Assembly (NCBI GenBank): GCA_028345055.1
Contig: JAOMCO010000006.1
Coordinates: forward strand, 232 to 64,231
Direction: 5' to 3'
Length of the DNA: 64,000 nucleotides
Source: Candidatus Thioglobus sp.
Lineage (GTDB): Bacteria; Pseudomonadota; Gammaproteobacteria; PS1; Pseudothioglobaceae
In this document: one piece after another, positions 52,221 to 62,150 of the stretch
Layout of the letters: every line of letters starts with the position of its first letter
Numbering within the stretch: the first letter of the stretch is position 1
Position numbers and translations under genes: made by a program
The notes under the pieces: generated by a model
What the model saw: only the letters and a program-made list of their open reading frames with translations
What the model was told of the DNA's origin: nothing
Database searches by the model: none

Positions 52221-52233
52221 TCGGAGAGATTAA

Positions 52234-53712
52234 ATGACAGATTTAGAACAACACGTTAATGAACCTGGACGCGATAAACTTGTAAAAGAAGTTAAAGCTA
52301 AAATCGATGCTTTAGGTGTTACATATGTATATTATCAATTTGTATCAGTGACTGGCCGTATTGTAGGTAAAGGTATTCCAGCACGTCACTGGGAAAGATT
52401 AGCTGAAAAAGGCTTTCAATTAGTTTATGGATCAACTGCAAATCTATTTGTTGATCGTCATGGTGATTATATTGGTTACGGACCAGAGTCTTCAGAGCTT
52501 GTTGGTATTCCTGATCCTGAGACTTTTTGCCAGCTTCCATGGGATAAAAGAGTAGCTCGTGTTTTTTGTAGACTTTACAGAAATCGTGAAGAACGTGAAA
52601 ATCCAGGACAAGCTTTGACATCAGATTGTCGTGGTAACCTTTACAGACAACATAAAGAATTCCAAGACCAGTATGGACTTGATATGCGTTGCGGTACAGA
52701 GCCTGAGATGATGTGGCTAAAGCGTGGCGAAAATGGTGGAACAGATGGTGGTGTTACTAAGCCAAACTGTTACCATATTGATCAGTTTGAAGAGCTTCGT
52801 CCAGTCTTCATGAAGGTTATTGAGTATTCTGAGCAAATGGGCCTTGATATTATCCAGGGTGATCACGAAGATGCGCCAGGTCAGTTGGAGCTTAACACGC
52901 AGTTTGATGATGTTCTCAGAAATGCAGACCGCTTAACAACTTATCGGCAAATTTGTGCTCAAGTTGCACGTGAATTTGGGTTACTTGCTTGCTTTATGAG
53001 TAAACCTTTTATGGGCGTTTCAGCTTCTGGCTGTCACCATAATATGTCTTTATGGAAAGGTGGTAAAGATGTCTTTCACCCAGAAATTGCTTCTGGCGAT
53101 GGTGAACTTCCAGGAATGCCTGGATGCTTTACTTATAAAGAAGGTGGTGAAAATACATTTATGCCTGACCCATCAATAGATGAAAAAATGCCTGGTCCAA
53201 TTGGCCTAAATTCAATTGGTGGAGTAATTAAGCATTTACCAGCTTTAACTTCAATCGGCTCTTCAACGGTTAATTCATATCGTCGTTTATGGGATACCGG
53301 TTTTTGGGCTCCAATTTTTGCAGACTGGGGTTATCAAAATCGAACTTGTGCACTGCGCGTATCCGCTCCTGGTCGTTTTGAGTATCGTTCAGTTGATTCA
53401 ATGGTTAATCCTTACTTAATGGGATCGGCTTTATTAAAGGCTATGGGAGATGGTATTGATAATGATCTTGAGGCTGGTGAGGCTGAAGAGCGAAATATCT
53501 ACGAAGCGATGGAAGCGGGTAAACAAGTTTCTAAACTTCCTATGTCACTTGGTGAAGCTCTTAATGCGCTTGATAAAGATGATGTAATTAAATCATCAAT
53601 GCCAAATGAAATGTATAAAGTTTTTCAACATTATAAGAACGATGAATGGGAAAAATTTAATGCTACCGTTACAGATTGGGATACTAGTACTTATTTAGAT
53701 TGCTTGCCATAG
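52234..53712 (+). CDS. Glutamine synthetase-like ligase, probable gamma-glutamylmethylamide synthetase (atypical GmaS)
   Basis: GS motifs GTEPE, HEDAPGQLE, KPFMGVSASGCH, NSYRRL, WGYQNRT and RFEYRS.D. Heads an mgsABC-like operon. Confidence 0.8.
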   Translation: MTDLEQHVNEPGRDKLVKEVKAKIDALGVTYVYYQFVSVTGRIVGKGIPARHWERLAEKGFQLVYGSTANLFVDRHGDYIGYGPESSELVGIPDPETFCQLPWDKRVARVFCRLYRNREERENPGQALTSDCRGNLYRQHKEFQDQYGLDMRCGTEPEMMWLKRGENGGTDGGVTKPNCYHIDQFEELRPVFMKVIEYSEQMGLDIIQGDHEDAPGQLELNTQFDDVLRNADRLTTYRQICAQVAREFGLLACFMSKPFMGVSASGCHHNMSLWKGGKDVFHPEIASGDGELPGMPGCFTYKEGGENTFMPDPSIDEKMPGPIGLNSIGGVIKHLPALTSIGSSTVNSYRRLWDTGFWAPIFADWGYQNRTCALRVSAPGRFEYRSVDSMVNPYLMGSALLKAMGDGIDNDLEAGEAEERNIYEAMEAGKQVSKLPMSLGEALNALDKDDVIKSSMPNEMYKVFQHYKNDEWEKFNATVTDWDTSTYLDCLP

Positions 53713-53739
53713 GCTAGCTTCATTTAGGTTTTTTTGGAG

Positions 53740-53765
53740 TGCCCACCTTTAGGTGGGCAATTTTT
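53740..53765 (+). terminator. Intercistronic hairpin (partial terminator or mRNA stabiliser)
   Basis: TGCCCACC-TTTA-GGTGGGCA followed by ATTTTT. Confidence 0.55.
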
Positions 53766-53785
53766 AGTAAAAGGGAGATTATTGT

Positions 53786-54724
53786 ATGTGCGGAATAGCA
53801 GGTATTATTCATAGAAATGCTGGCAAAGAAGTAAACATTGGTGAGCAAATGACATCTATGCTTCAAGCCTTGAAGCATAGGGGCCCTGATTCAACGGGCT
53901 ATGCTGTTTATGGTGAAGATAATGGCAACCAAGTAGTTAGATTTAAGGTTGCTGAGGGAGCCGATCTAGAGGGCAGTTTTGATATTCATGCGGCCATTGA
54001 GGAAAGGGTTGCATTGGTTAACAAGCGTCTAGAAGAGCTTGGAGCCAAGATATTAAATAAAGAAAGTGCAAATGAATATTCACATCGATATGAAATTCAA
54101 TTTTCAGGTGATATGAAGAAGTTGGCTGACTTTGTTGAGGATATTGAAGGCGTTGAAATCTTATCAATAGGAAACTCCCTTGAGTTGATAAAGGATCTTG
54201 GTGATGCTGCTGTAGTATCTAAGCAGTATGGTCTTGATAACTTTAATGGAACTCATGGAATTGGCCACACTAGGATGGCAACAGAGTCAGACGTAGATAT
54301 CCGCTCTGCACACCCATACTGGGCGTATCCTTTTAGTGATGTAGCAGTTGTTCATAATGGACAGCTTACAAACTACTGGACAAATCGTCGTGCTCTAGAA
54401 CTGAAGGGCCATCGTTTTTCTTCAAACTGTGACTCTGAACTTATTGCAGTATATATTGCTGATAAGATGAGCCAAGGTTCCGATCTCGAAAGTGCTATGA
54501 AGGATTCAGTTGAATATCTTGATGGCGTATTTACTTATTTAGTAGCAACAAAAGACCAGCTTGGTATGGCCAAAGATGTTATGGCTGCAAAACCAATGGT
54601 TGTTTATGAAAGTGACGATATGATCGCATTAGCTTCAGAGGAAGTAGCAATTAGAACTTTATTCGATCATCGTATTGAAACATTTGACCCATATCACGGA
54701 GAGGTAAAAGTATGGCAGAACTAA
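53786..54724 (+). CDS. mgsA: N-methylglutamate synthase subunit A-like (class II glutamine amidotransferase)
   Basis: MCGIAG N-terminal nucleophile, HRGPDS, GHTRMATES, VHNGQL and DSE. Confidence 0.8.
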   Translation: MCGIAGIIHRNAGKEVNIGEQMTSMLQALKHRGPDSTGYAVYGEDNGNQVVRFKVAEGADLEGSFDIHAAIEERVALVNKRLEELGAKILNKESANEYSHRYEIQFSGDMKKLADFVEDIEGVEILSIGNSLELIKDLGDAAVVSKQYGLDNFNGTHGIGHTRMATESDVDIRSAHPYWAYPFSDVAVVHNGQLTNYWTNRRALELKGHRFSSNCDSELIAVYIADKMSQGSDLESAMKDSVEYLDGVFTYLVATKDQLGMAKDVMAAKPMVVYESDDMIALASEEVAIRTLFDHRIETFDPYHGEVKVWQN

Positions 54725-55554
54725 AAAAAGAAAAAGCCCAGGAAATGGGTCTTCATGATGAGCAGTTAAAAGGAAGAACTCAACAACGTTTTTTTTCTAT
54801 AGATGAAAGTGAAAATCTAACTTATTTTCATTCACATGAAGTTGACACAAGTAAAAGTGCAAAAATTGACGCACAAGATATGACTCCAAGAGAAATTAAT
54901 CGTGAAATTAGAGCGCTAATGGAAAAAGGTATTGGTGACATAACAGTTGATAACCCTATGTCAAGACATGGCGTTGGAGTTGGGATTTTGAATCGGCTTA
55001 ATCTTAAATTTACTGATAGTCTTGGTTACTTTGGTTGTGGTTTAATCGATGGTCCAAATGTGCATATTGAGGGTCGAGTTGGTTGGTCGTGTGCTGAGAA
55101 TATGATGGCTGGAACTGTCGTAATTGAAGGAAATGCCGGGTCAACTTTTGGCGCTGCCATTAGAGGCGGTGACCTAGTTTGTAAAGGTGATGTAGGTGCA
55201 AGAACTGGAATCGACCAAAAAGGTGGAACAATAATAGTTGGTGGCAGAACTGGAGCATTTTCAGGATTTATGATGCAGCGTGGCAGGATGATTATTTGTG
55301 GTGATGCTGGAATGAACTTAGGTGATTCAATGTATGACGGCACTATTTATGTGGGTGGAGAAGTTGAAGAGCTTGGAGTGGATTGTGTTCCTGGTGAAAT
55401 GACAGAGCTTGATATTCGTTACCTTTCAGAGAAGTTGGCTATTTATGGCATTAAAACTCCTAAGGGTGTAGAAAAAATGCAAAAGTATGTTTCTGGCAAG
55501 ATGTTATGGAACTATGCAAGTCTTGAACCTAATGAGAAAAAACTAATTCTTTAA
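54712..55554 (+). CDS. mgsB: N-methylglutamate synthase subunit B-like (GXGXG beta-helix)
   Basis: G.VGWSCAENMM.G, GARTGI..KGG, SGFMMQRG and LGDSMYDG. Confidence 0.8.
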   Translation: MAELKKEKAQEMGLHDEQLKGRTQQRFFSIDESENLTYFHSHEVDTSKSAKIDAQDMTPREINREIRALMEKGIGDITVDNPMSRHGVGVGILNRLNLKFTDSLGYFGCGLIDGPNVHIEGRVGWSCAENMMAGTVVIEGNAGSTFGAAIRGGDLVCKGDVGARTGIDQKGGTIIVGGRTGAFSGFMMQRGRMIICGDAGMNLGDSMYDGTIYVGGEVEELGVDCVPGEMTELDIRYLSEKLAIYGIKTPKGVEKMQKYVSGKMLWNYASLEPNEKKLIL

Positions 55555-55590
55555 TCGTACTTTTTAACAAATTTAACTAAAGGAAATATT

Positions 55591-56928
55591 ATGAGTGATT
55601 CAGATCAAAAACATAGGCTAGGCAAAAGTTTCATCTTTCCTAAATCAGTGATGGACGATATTCATATCAAATCTGATTTGGGAAGATATAGAATGAGAGG
55701 CTTCTCTTTATTTAAGAAAATCCCAACTTGGGATGATCTAACTTTTATGCCAGGAACGCTCACGCGTTTTGTTATTGAAGGTTATAGAGAGAAATGTTTG
55801 ACCAAAACTATTATTGGGCCAGAGGCTCCAAGACCTTTAGAGCTAGATATTCCAATTTACATCACTGGTATGAGTTTTGGAGCACTGAGTTATGAAGCTA
55901 AAACTGCTTTAGCTCGAGGTGCTACTATGGCTGGAACAGCTACTTGCTCAGGTGAGGGTGGTATGATCCCAGACGAGAGACGCTATTCAAGTAAGTGGTT
56001 CTACCAATGTATTCAGTCTCGTTATGGATTCAATCCCCAACATCTACGTCTTGCTGACAGTGTTGAATTTTTTATTGGACAAGGTTGTAAAGTGGGCTTA
56101 GGTGGTCACTTAATGGGTCAAAAAGTAACTGATCAAGTTGCAGAAATGCGTTCCTTGCCTGCTGGTATCGACCAACGTTCTCCTGCAAGGCATCCAGACT
56201 GGCTTGGACCAGATGATTTAGCTCTTAAAATTGAAGAAATTCGTGAAGCAACTGATGGTCAGATTCCAATTCAATTAAAACTTGGCGCTGCTCGTGTATA
56301 CGATGATGTTAGGATGGCTGCTAAAACAGGCTGTGATAGTATTTATATCGATGGTATGGAAGGAGGAACTGCAGCTGGACCTCACATTGCAACAGAAGAA
56401 ACTGGTGTCCCTGGAATTGCTGCAATTCGTCAAGCTCGAAATGCAATTGATGATGTAGGTATGACTGGAAGAATATCACTAGTTTATGCTGGCGGAATTC
56501 GTAATGGTGGTGACGTTGCTAAAGCTGTAGCACTTGGTGCTGACGCCGTTGCTATTGGTCACTCATCACTTATGGCACTTAACTGTAATAAAGATATTCC
56601 TGAAGCTGATTATCCAGCAGAGATGGGTGTTGAAGCGGGTGAATGTTATCACTGTCATACCGGTCGCTGCCCTGTAGGTGTTGCGACGCAAGATCCAGAA
56701 CTTAGAAAGCGCCTTGATCCAGATGAAGCATCTGAAAGAGTCTATAACTTCTTACATACATTAGCTATTGAGACACAAATGATGGCTCGTGCTTGTGGAA
56801 AGACTAATATTCACTCTCTAGAGCCAGAAGATTTAGCTGCTTTAACTATGGAAGCCTCCGCTTGTGCACAAGTTCCTATTGCAGGTTCGCAGCATACGGT
56901 TGGTCGTCCTGATATGACACGCTTTTAA
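55591..56928 (+). CDS. mgsC: N-methylglutamate synthase subunit C-like (FMN-binding glutamate synthase domain)
   Basis: GMSFGALS, GEGGM, RHPDWLGPDDL..KI.E.RE.TD, CYHCHTGRCPVGVATQD and RACGK...HSLEPEDL. Confidence 0.82.
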   Translation: MSDSDQKHRLGKSFIFPKSVMDDIHIKSDLGRYRMRGFSLFKKIPTWDDLTFMPGTLTRFVIEGYREKCLTKTIIGPEAPRPLELDIPIYITGMSFGALSYEAKTALARGATMAGTATCSGEGGMIPDERRYSSKWFYQCIQSRYGFNPQHLRLADSVEFFIGQGCKVGLGGHLMGQKVTDQVAEMRSLPAGIDQRSPARHPDWLGPDDLALKIEEIREATDGQIPIQLKLGAARVYDDVRMAAKTGCDSIYIDGMEGGTAAGPHIATEETGVPGIAAIRQARNAIDDVGMTGRISLVYAGGIRNGGDVAKAVALGADAVAIGHSSLMALNCNKDIPEADYPAEMGVEAGECYHCHTGRCPVGVATQDPELRKRLDPDEASERVYNFLHTLAIETQMMARACGKTNIHSLEPEDLAALTMEASACAQVPIAGSQHTVGRPDMTRF

Positions 56929-56942
56929 GAATAGGAGAAATT

Positions 56943-57329
56943 ATGAGTACTAATGAAGAAGAGTTTGTAGTTGGCGCTGATGGTTTGGATACTGATCGTG
57001 AACAAATGATTGGTCAGCATATCGGTTATCGATATGATGTAAACCTAGTCCCTGACCTTAAATTTATAACTCCCTTTTTGCAAAAATATATTGACAAAAT
57101 GGGTTGGAAAGATCTTAACTGGTTAGAAGATATCCATATGGGTTATGAGGGCGACCAAGCTGCAGTTTTTGATAGAAATATCAATGGTTGGGTCACTATT
57201 CCAGATAATATAAAACTTCCTGATAATCAACAGGAGCGAGACATGATTGCTCGTGAATTACTGGTTAAGTTCCAAATGTCAGAAAATCATCCAATGGTTG
57301 ATCTAAATAACGCTTACCGTAAATTCTAA
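56943..57329 (+). CDS. Hypothetical soluble protein, last gene of the gmaS-mgs operon
   Basis: SD AGGAG. Starts 14 nt after the mgsC stop. Codon usage resembles the operon. No recognised motif. Confidence 0.8.
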   Translation: MSTNEEEFVVGADGLDTDREQMIGQHIGYRYDVNLVPDLKFITPFLQKYIDKMGWKDLNWLEDIHMGYEGDQAAVFDRNINGWVTIPDNIKLPDNQQERDMIARELLVKFQMSENHPMVDLNNAYRKF

Positions 57330-57347
57330 ATATAGTAAGTGATTTAA

Positions 57348-57433
57348 AAGGGGAGGTTTTTAAGAGATTATCTCTTAACATTCTCTCTCCTTAGTTTATC
57401 GGCGCCTCACCCCCTGGGGTGCTGAATAAACTA
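57348..57433 (+). terminator. Double hairpin at the end of the gmaS-mgs operon
   Basis: AAGGGGAG..TTAAGAGA-TTA-TCTCTTAA..CTCTCCTT, then TAGTTTATCGGCGCCTCA..TGGGGTGCTGAATAAACTA. G-U pairs favour the + strand. Confidence 0.6.
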
Positions 57434-57541
57434 GAATTTATTGAGCTTTGAATATAGATATTTATTTCTAGATGAAATTTTCAATTTAAATAATTCTTTA
57501 TTCGATGTATACTCAAACTTTATTAAAAGGGGTTTTAGTAA

Positions 57542-59842
57542 ATGAGTTTGTCAAATATTAAATATGATGGAGATCAAGAAATCTACCAAATTCATGGTGG
57601 TGAGGCGATTTCGATTGATTTAAAAAGTGGTGACTCAGTTGAAATAGTTGATGTTGAGGGAGATCAAAAGTGCAGTATTATTGCTTTTGATTCTAAAAAA
57701 ACTTCAGCTTTATCATCATTAAGCTGGAATACAAAGCCTAATAATGACTCTAATAAAATTTTGTCAAGTGATTGCTCAGATATGCTTAAAGCAATCCTGG
57801 ATGTCAACAAAATAAAGTCAAATGATCTAAATTCTACTGAGCTTTTTGCAGATTCTAGCCCTGCAGACACGCGCCAGTCTTTTGGTATTAAAAATGACCT
57901 AGTATGTGTGTTTGATGCTAAAGGTGGTCCAATGCAAGTTGATCAGCAGAATTCACCCACTGAAATTTTAATTAATGTTCTCAGAAAAAATCCTACTAAC
58001 CCTTCTGATCGACTCCCTGAGCCACTAGCAAAGGCTTTAAAAGAGATCAGAGTCAAAGATTCTAGCGCTGTTGCATACAAAGTTAAGGCAGGTCAATACA
58101 TCCAAATTATTGATGTTGAAGGACAACAATGCTCAGACTTTCAGGCCTTTTTAGTTGAGGATTTAAATAATAATGAAGAGCTATGTTTAGATCCGACTGT
58201 GACAAGATCGCAGATGTTAGCAAGCTATCCTGCACCAGGTACTCATGATAAATTTTATAATCAAAACTCAATACCTTTAGTTGAAGTGATTCAGGACATG
58301 GTTTGTCGTCATGATACTTTTGGTGTGGCTTGTAATGCCAAGTATTATGATGATCGTGGGTTTCCAGGCCACATCAACTGTACAGAAAACTTTAATAAAT
58401 CCCTTGCTGATTATGGAGTAAAACCCAGAAGAAATTGGGCTGCAGTGAATCTCTTTTTTAATACTGCAATTGAAGAGTGCCACTCTTTAACGTCTGATGT
58501 CTCTTGGTCTCGGCCTGGAGACTATGTTTTGTTAAGAGCTGTAGATGATCTTGTGTGCGTTTCTTCAGCATGTCCAGATGATACTACTTCAGCAAATGGC
58601 TGGAATCCAACAGATATTCATGTTAGGATTTACGATAAGTCTAATAATTTTTCATCGGCAACGGCTTTTAGGCCTGATCCTCAATCAATTCCGACTATGA
58701 CTAAAGAAACTGGTTTTCACAAAAATACCTCTAAATTAACAAAAAATTTTGATAACTATAACGGCTATTGGTTGCCACTTGAGTATACCAATTTAGGCAC
58801 CATTAAAGAATACTGGCAGTGCAGAGAAGGCGTTGTTATGATTGATCTTGCTCCGCTCAGAAAGTTTGAAGTATATGGCCAAGATGCTGAGGCTTTAATG
58901 CAATATGCCATTACCAAAGATGTTCGTAAGCTAGCAATTGGACAAGTGGTCTACTCCGCGATGTGTTATGACAATGGCTGTATGGTTGATGATGGAACGT
59001 TGTTCCGTCTTGACGATAATAATTTTAGATGGATTGGAGGTTCTGATGACGGCGGTAAGTTACTCAGAAAAATTGCAGATGATCAAGGCCTTGATGCTAG
59101 AGTTAAATCTTCTACCGATCAGCTGCATAGTGTTGCTATTCAAGGTCCAAAGAGTAGAGAAACGTTAACTAAAATTATTTGGACACCTAAATTACAAACC
59201 TCGATTGAAGATCTCAAATGGTTTCGTTTTACTATTGGCAGAATTGGTGGTGAGTTTGGCATTCCTGTGATGGTTTCTAGAACGGGTTACTCTGGAGAGC
59301 TTGGCTATGAGGTGTTTGCACATCCAAATGATTGTGAGGCGGTTTGGGATGCAATTGCAGAGGCGGGTGAGGAGTTTAGTATCTGCCCTTTAGGACTCAA
59401 CGCACTTGATGTTCTTAGAATTGAAGCGGGTTTAATCTTTGCTGGATATGAGTTTTGTGATCAGACTGATCCATTTGAAGCAGGCATTTCATTTACCGTT
59501 CCATTAAAGACAAAAGAGGATGATTTTTCTGGAAAAGAAGCTTTAATTCTTCGTAAGAATTCTCCACAAAGAGTTTTGGTTGGGTTAGAATTAAAAGGTA
59601 ATGAAGTTGCACTCCATGGAGATGGGGTGTATATTGGAAAACAACAAATTGGAGTAATTACAAGTGCAACGCGTTCGCCAATTCTTAAAAAGAACATTGC
59701 GCTTTGTAGGATTTCAGTTTCAGAGTCAGAGATTGGCACTGAAGTTGAGGTAGGAAAATTAGATGGACATCAAAAACGTTTATCTGCAAAGGTAGTCAGA
59801 TTTCCATTTTATGATCCTGAGAAAACTAGGGTTAGAATGTAG
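57542..59842 (+). CDS. tdm: Trimethylamine N-oxide demethylase (DUF1989 + GcvT fusion)
   Basis: DUF1989 region (IQIIDVEGQQCSDF, RHDTFG.AC, GH.NC, SSACPDD..SANGWNPTDIHVR) fused to an aminomethyltransferase (DDGTLFRL, SRTGYSGELGYE, LRIEAG, FPFYDP). Adjacent to tmoX. Confidence 0.88.
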   Translation: MSLSNIKYDGDQEIYQIHGGEAISIDLKSGDSVEIVDVEGDQKCSIIAFDSKKTSALSSLSWNTKPNNDSNKILSSDCSDMLKAILDVNKIKSNDLNSTELFADSSPADTRQSFGIKNDLVCVFDAKGGPMQVDQQNSPTEILINVLRKNPTNPSDRLPEPLAKALKEIRVKDSSAVAYKVKAGQYIQIIDVEGQQCSDFQAFLVEDLNNNEELCLDPTVTRSQMLASYPAPGTHDKFYNQNSIPLVEVIQDMVCRHDTFGVACNAKYYDDRGFPGHINCTENFNKSLADYGVKPRRNWAAVNLFFNTAIEECHSLTSDVSWSRPGDYVLLRAVDDLVCVSSACPDDTTSANGWNPTDIHVRIYDKSNNFSSATAFRPDPQSIPTMTKETGFHKNTSKLTKNFDNYNGYWLPLEYTNLGTIKEYWQCREGVVMIDLAPLRKFEVYGQDAEALMQYAITKDVRKLAIGQVVYSAMCYDNGCMVDDGTLFRLDDNNFRWIGGSDDGGKLLRKIADDQGLDARVKSSTDQLHSVAIQGPKSRETLTKIIWTPKLQTSIEDLKWFRFTIGRIGGEFGIPVMVSRTGYSGELGYEVFAHPNDCEAVWDAIAEAGEEFSICPLGLNALDVLRIEAGLIFAGYEFCDQTDPFEAGISFTVPLKTKEDDFSGKEALILRKNSPQRVLVGLELKGNEVALHGDGVYIGKQQIGVITSATRSPILKKNIALCRISVSESEIGTEVEVGKLDGHQKRLSAKVVRFPFYDPEKTRVRM

Positions 59843-59985
59843 TTTTCTTAAAAGGAGAAATAATCTTAGAAAAGTAATTGATTTTTAAGGTTATTAGTAT
59901 GGTTTTTTTAGCAGTATTTGTTATTAAGCCATTTTTTATTAAATGTTTTATTAAATATTTAATTAATTAAATAAAGGAGAAGTAA

Positions 59986-60939
59986 ATGAATAAGTTTACA
60001 AGTAAAGTAGCTGCAGCTGCTTTAACGTTGTCTTTAGCTTCTGTTTCAGGTCAAGCTGTTGCAGATTCATCAAAGCCAATCGTTATACCAATTCACAACT
60101 GGTCAAGCCAAGTGGTTATGTCCTACGTGATTGGTGGTATTTTTGAGTCTATGGGTAACAACGTATCTTACGTTCCTGCTGACTCGTCAGGTGTATATGA
60201 ATCGATTCGTCTTGGAGACGTTACTATATCTCACGAAGTTTGGGAAGGAGCCTTTGGCAACGCTTACTATACAGCCATGGAGAAGGGCGGTCTAATAGAG
60301 GCTGGTACCCATTCTGCCTTGACTATTGAAGATATGGGCGTTCCTAACTTCGTAATAGAGCAAAATCTATGTCCTGGACTTCCAAATTGGGAAGCTCTTA
60401 AAGGTTGTGGATCAGTTTTTGCCACTGCCGATTCTGGTGGTAAAGGTGTTTTCTTAGACGGTCCTTGGCACGTTGATGCTGCAACCGGAAAGAATCTATT
60501 TGAAGACCGTATTGGAGCTCTTGGTTTAGATGATGAATACACTTATAAACAAACTGGTAGTGCAGACGCCCTTTGGGCCGCAATTGATGCTGCAGAAGCT
60601 GCTGGTGAAGGGATAATTATATTTAACTGGACACCTAACTTTACGGATAGTGATGGTTTTTACTTCATAGAGTTTCCTCCATACTTCTATGGTTGCCGTG
60701 AAACAGAAGGTGGTGACGGGGCCTGTGGTTCACCTAGAGGCTGGTTGAAGAAAGCGGCGAACTATAAGTTCCCTAAGACTCATCCAATGGCGTATAAGGC
60801 ATACACTAAGATAGACTTCACGACTGGCATGATCGGTCAGATGGCTGCTCTAGTTGATATTGATAAGATGTCTCATGAAGAAGCTGCAGCTAAGTGGCTT
60901 GCAGATAACGCGGATGTTTGGGAGGCTTTCACAAAGTAA
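59986..60939 (+). CDS. tmoX: TMAO ABC transporter substrate-binding protein
   Basis: DSSKPIVIPIHNWSSQ, VYESIRLGDVT..HEVWEGAFG, CPGLPNW and FNWTPNF, all characteristic of TmoX. Signal peptide present. Confidence 0.88.
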   Translation: MNKFTSKVAAAALTLSLASVSGQAVADSSKPIVIPIHNWSSQVVMSYVIGGIFESMGNNVSYVPADSSGVYESIRLGDVTISHEVWEGAFGNAYYTAMEKGGLIEAGTHSALTIEDMGVPNFVIEQNLCPGLPNWEALKGCGSVFATADSGGKGVFLDGPWHVDAATGKNLFEDRIGALGLDDEYTYKQTGSADALWAAIDAAEAAGEGIIIFNWTPNFTDSDGFYFIEFPPYFYGCRETEGGDGACGSPRGWLKKAANYKFPKTHPMAYKAYTKIDFTTGMIGQMAALVDIDKMSHEEAAAKWLADNADVWEAFTK

Positions 60940-60951
60940 CCCTTTAATCTA

Positions 60952-61039
60952 GAGCGCTCTTTATTCGAATAGAATAAAGGGGGTTTTTGTTAAGTACCCC
61001 TACCCTCAAATTAATTATAATGAGGGGGTAGGGGTATTT
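60952..61039 (+). terminator. Double hairpin between tmoX and tmoW (stabiliser/attenuator)
   Basis: CTCTTTATTC..GAATAAAGGG and TACCCCTACCCTCA..TGAGGGGGTAGGGGTA followed by TTTTT. Confidence 0.65.
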
Positions 61040-61090
61040 TTATATATACTGGTAGTGTGTTATTTGTTTCAAAGAATTTAGGAAGATATT

Positions 61091-62140
61091 ATGTCTGATC
61101 AGCAACCTGTAATTAAATGCGATTCCGTTTATAAAATATTTGGCAAAGATGCCGAAAAAATGCTTCAAAATGCCAATGGCAAGGTTGTAGCTGAAGAATT
61201 TCAAAAAGCTGGCTGTGTGGTCGGTGTTAATAATGCTTCCTTCGAGGTTAAAAAGGGTGAGATGCTTGTGGTTATGGGTCTTTCAGGCTCGGGCAAGTCG
61301 ACCTTGCTTCGTTGTATTTCAAGACTAACCGATGCCACTGCAGGGAATATTTATATTGAGGGTGAAGATTTAACCTCAATGAGCGATAAGGAGTTGATAG
61401 GACTTCGTCGCAACAAGATGGGCATGGTGTTTCAGAGTTTTGCATTATTACCCCATAAAACCGTATTAGAAAATATTGCCTTTCCATTGCAAGTGAAAGG
61501 CAATAGCACAAAAGACAGCATACAAAGAGCCAAAGAAATGGTTGACCTTGTTGGCTTAACTGGTCGTGAGAATTACTTTCCAAGAGAGTTATCTGGAGGT
61601 CAGCAGCAGCGCGTTGGTATTGCCAGGTCATTGGCTGTTGAGCCCGACATTTGGTTCTTAGATGAGCCCTTCTCAGCATTAGATCCGTTAATTCGTAAAG
61701 AGATGCAAGATGAGTTTCTAAGGCTTCAGGGTGTGCTAAATAAGACCATTCTGTTCGTTACACATGACTTTGATGAAGCATTAAGGCTTGCCGATCGAAT
61801 TGCAATCATGAAAGATGGCATTATCGAGCAATTGGATACACCGGCAAATATCGTTCTTAATCCAGCAACAGAATACGTTCGCAAGTTTACAGAGGACGTT
61901 CCAAGGGAGAAGGTTCTTAAAATTAAATCAGTGATGGAGCCTGTTGGAGATGAAAAAGACTTTAGTGATTTAAGGGTCTCCGAAGATGCCCTTATTGAAA
62001 CTGTTGCCGAAGCTGTGCTCGGCGACCCTAAATCAGTTCCCGTGCTCAATGCAAATGATGATATTGTTGGTGTTGTTCATTCATCTAAAGTAATTCATGT
62101 GTTATTTGGTGAAAATTCAACTCTAGAAAGCAACGCTTAA
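61091..62140 (+). CDS. tmoW: TMAO/betaine-type ABC transporter ATP-binding protein
   Basis: MGLSGSGKST, ELSGGQQQRVG and DEPFSALDPLIR.EMQ (ProV/OpuAA family). Confidence 0.85.
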   Translation: MSDQQPVIKCDSVYKIFGKDAEKMLQNANGKVVAEEFQKAGCVVGVNNASFEVKKGEMLVVMGLSGSGKSTLLRCISRLTDATAGNIYIEGEDLTSMSDKELIGLRRNKMGMVFQSFALLPHKTVLENIAFPLQVKGNSTKDSIQRAKEMVDLVGLTGRENYFPRELSGGQQQRVGIARSLAVEPDIWFLDEPFSALDPLIRKEMQDEFLRLQGVLNKTILFVTHDFDEALRLADRIAIMKDGIIEQLDTPANIVLNPATEYVRKFTEDVPREKVLKIKSVMEPVGDEKDFSDLRVSEDALIETVAEAVLGDPKSVPVLNANDDIVGVVHSSKVIHVLFGENSTLESNA

Positions 62141-62150
62141 GGCTAGCACC

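Noticed and set aside
53786-56928. Fragmented or pseudogenised glutamate synthase gltB
   Set aside because: Three intact ORFs with their own starts, in the MgsABC arrangement next to a GS-like gene and tdm.
57542-59842. Glycine cleavage T protein
   Set aside because: The N-terminal DUF1989 region, the length and the tmoX context indicate Tdm.
43933-59985. Shared operator motif upstream of amt, the regulator, gmaS, tdm and tmoX
   Set aside because: Only AT-rich similarities are visible by eye and cannot be told from background without a MEME-type analysis.
59986-62140. Generic glycine betaine ProXV transporter
   Set aside because: The binding protein has TmoX-specific motifs and follows tdm.
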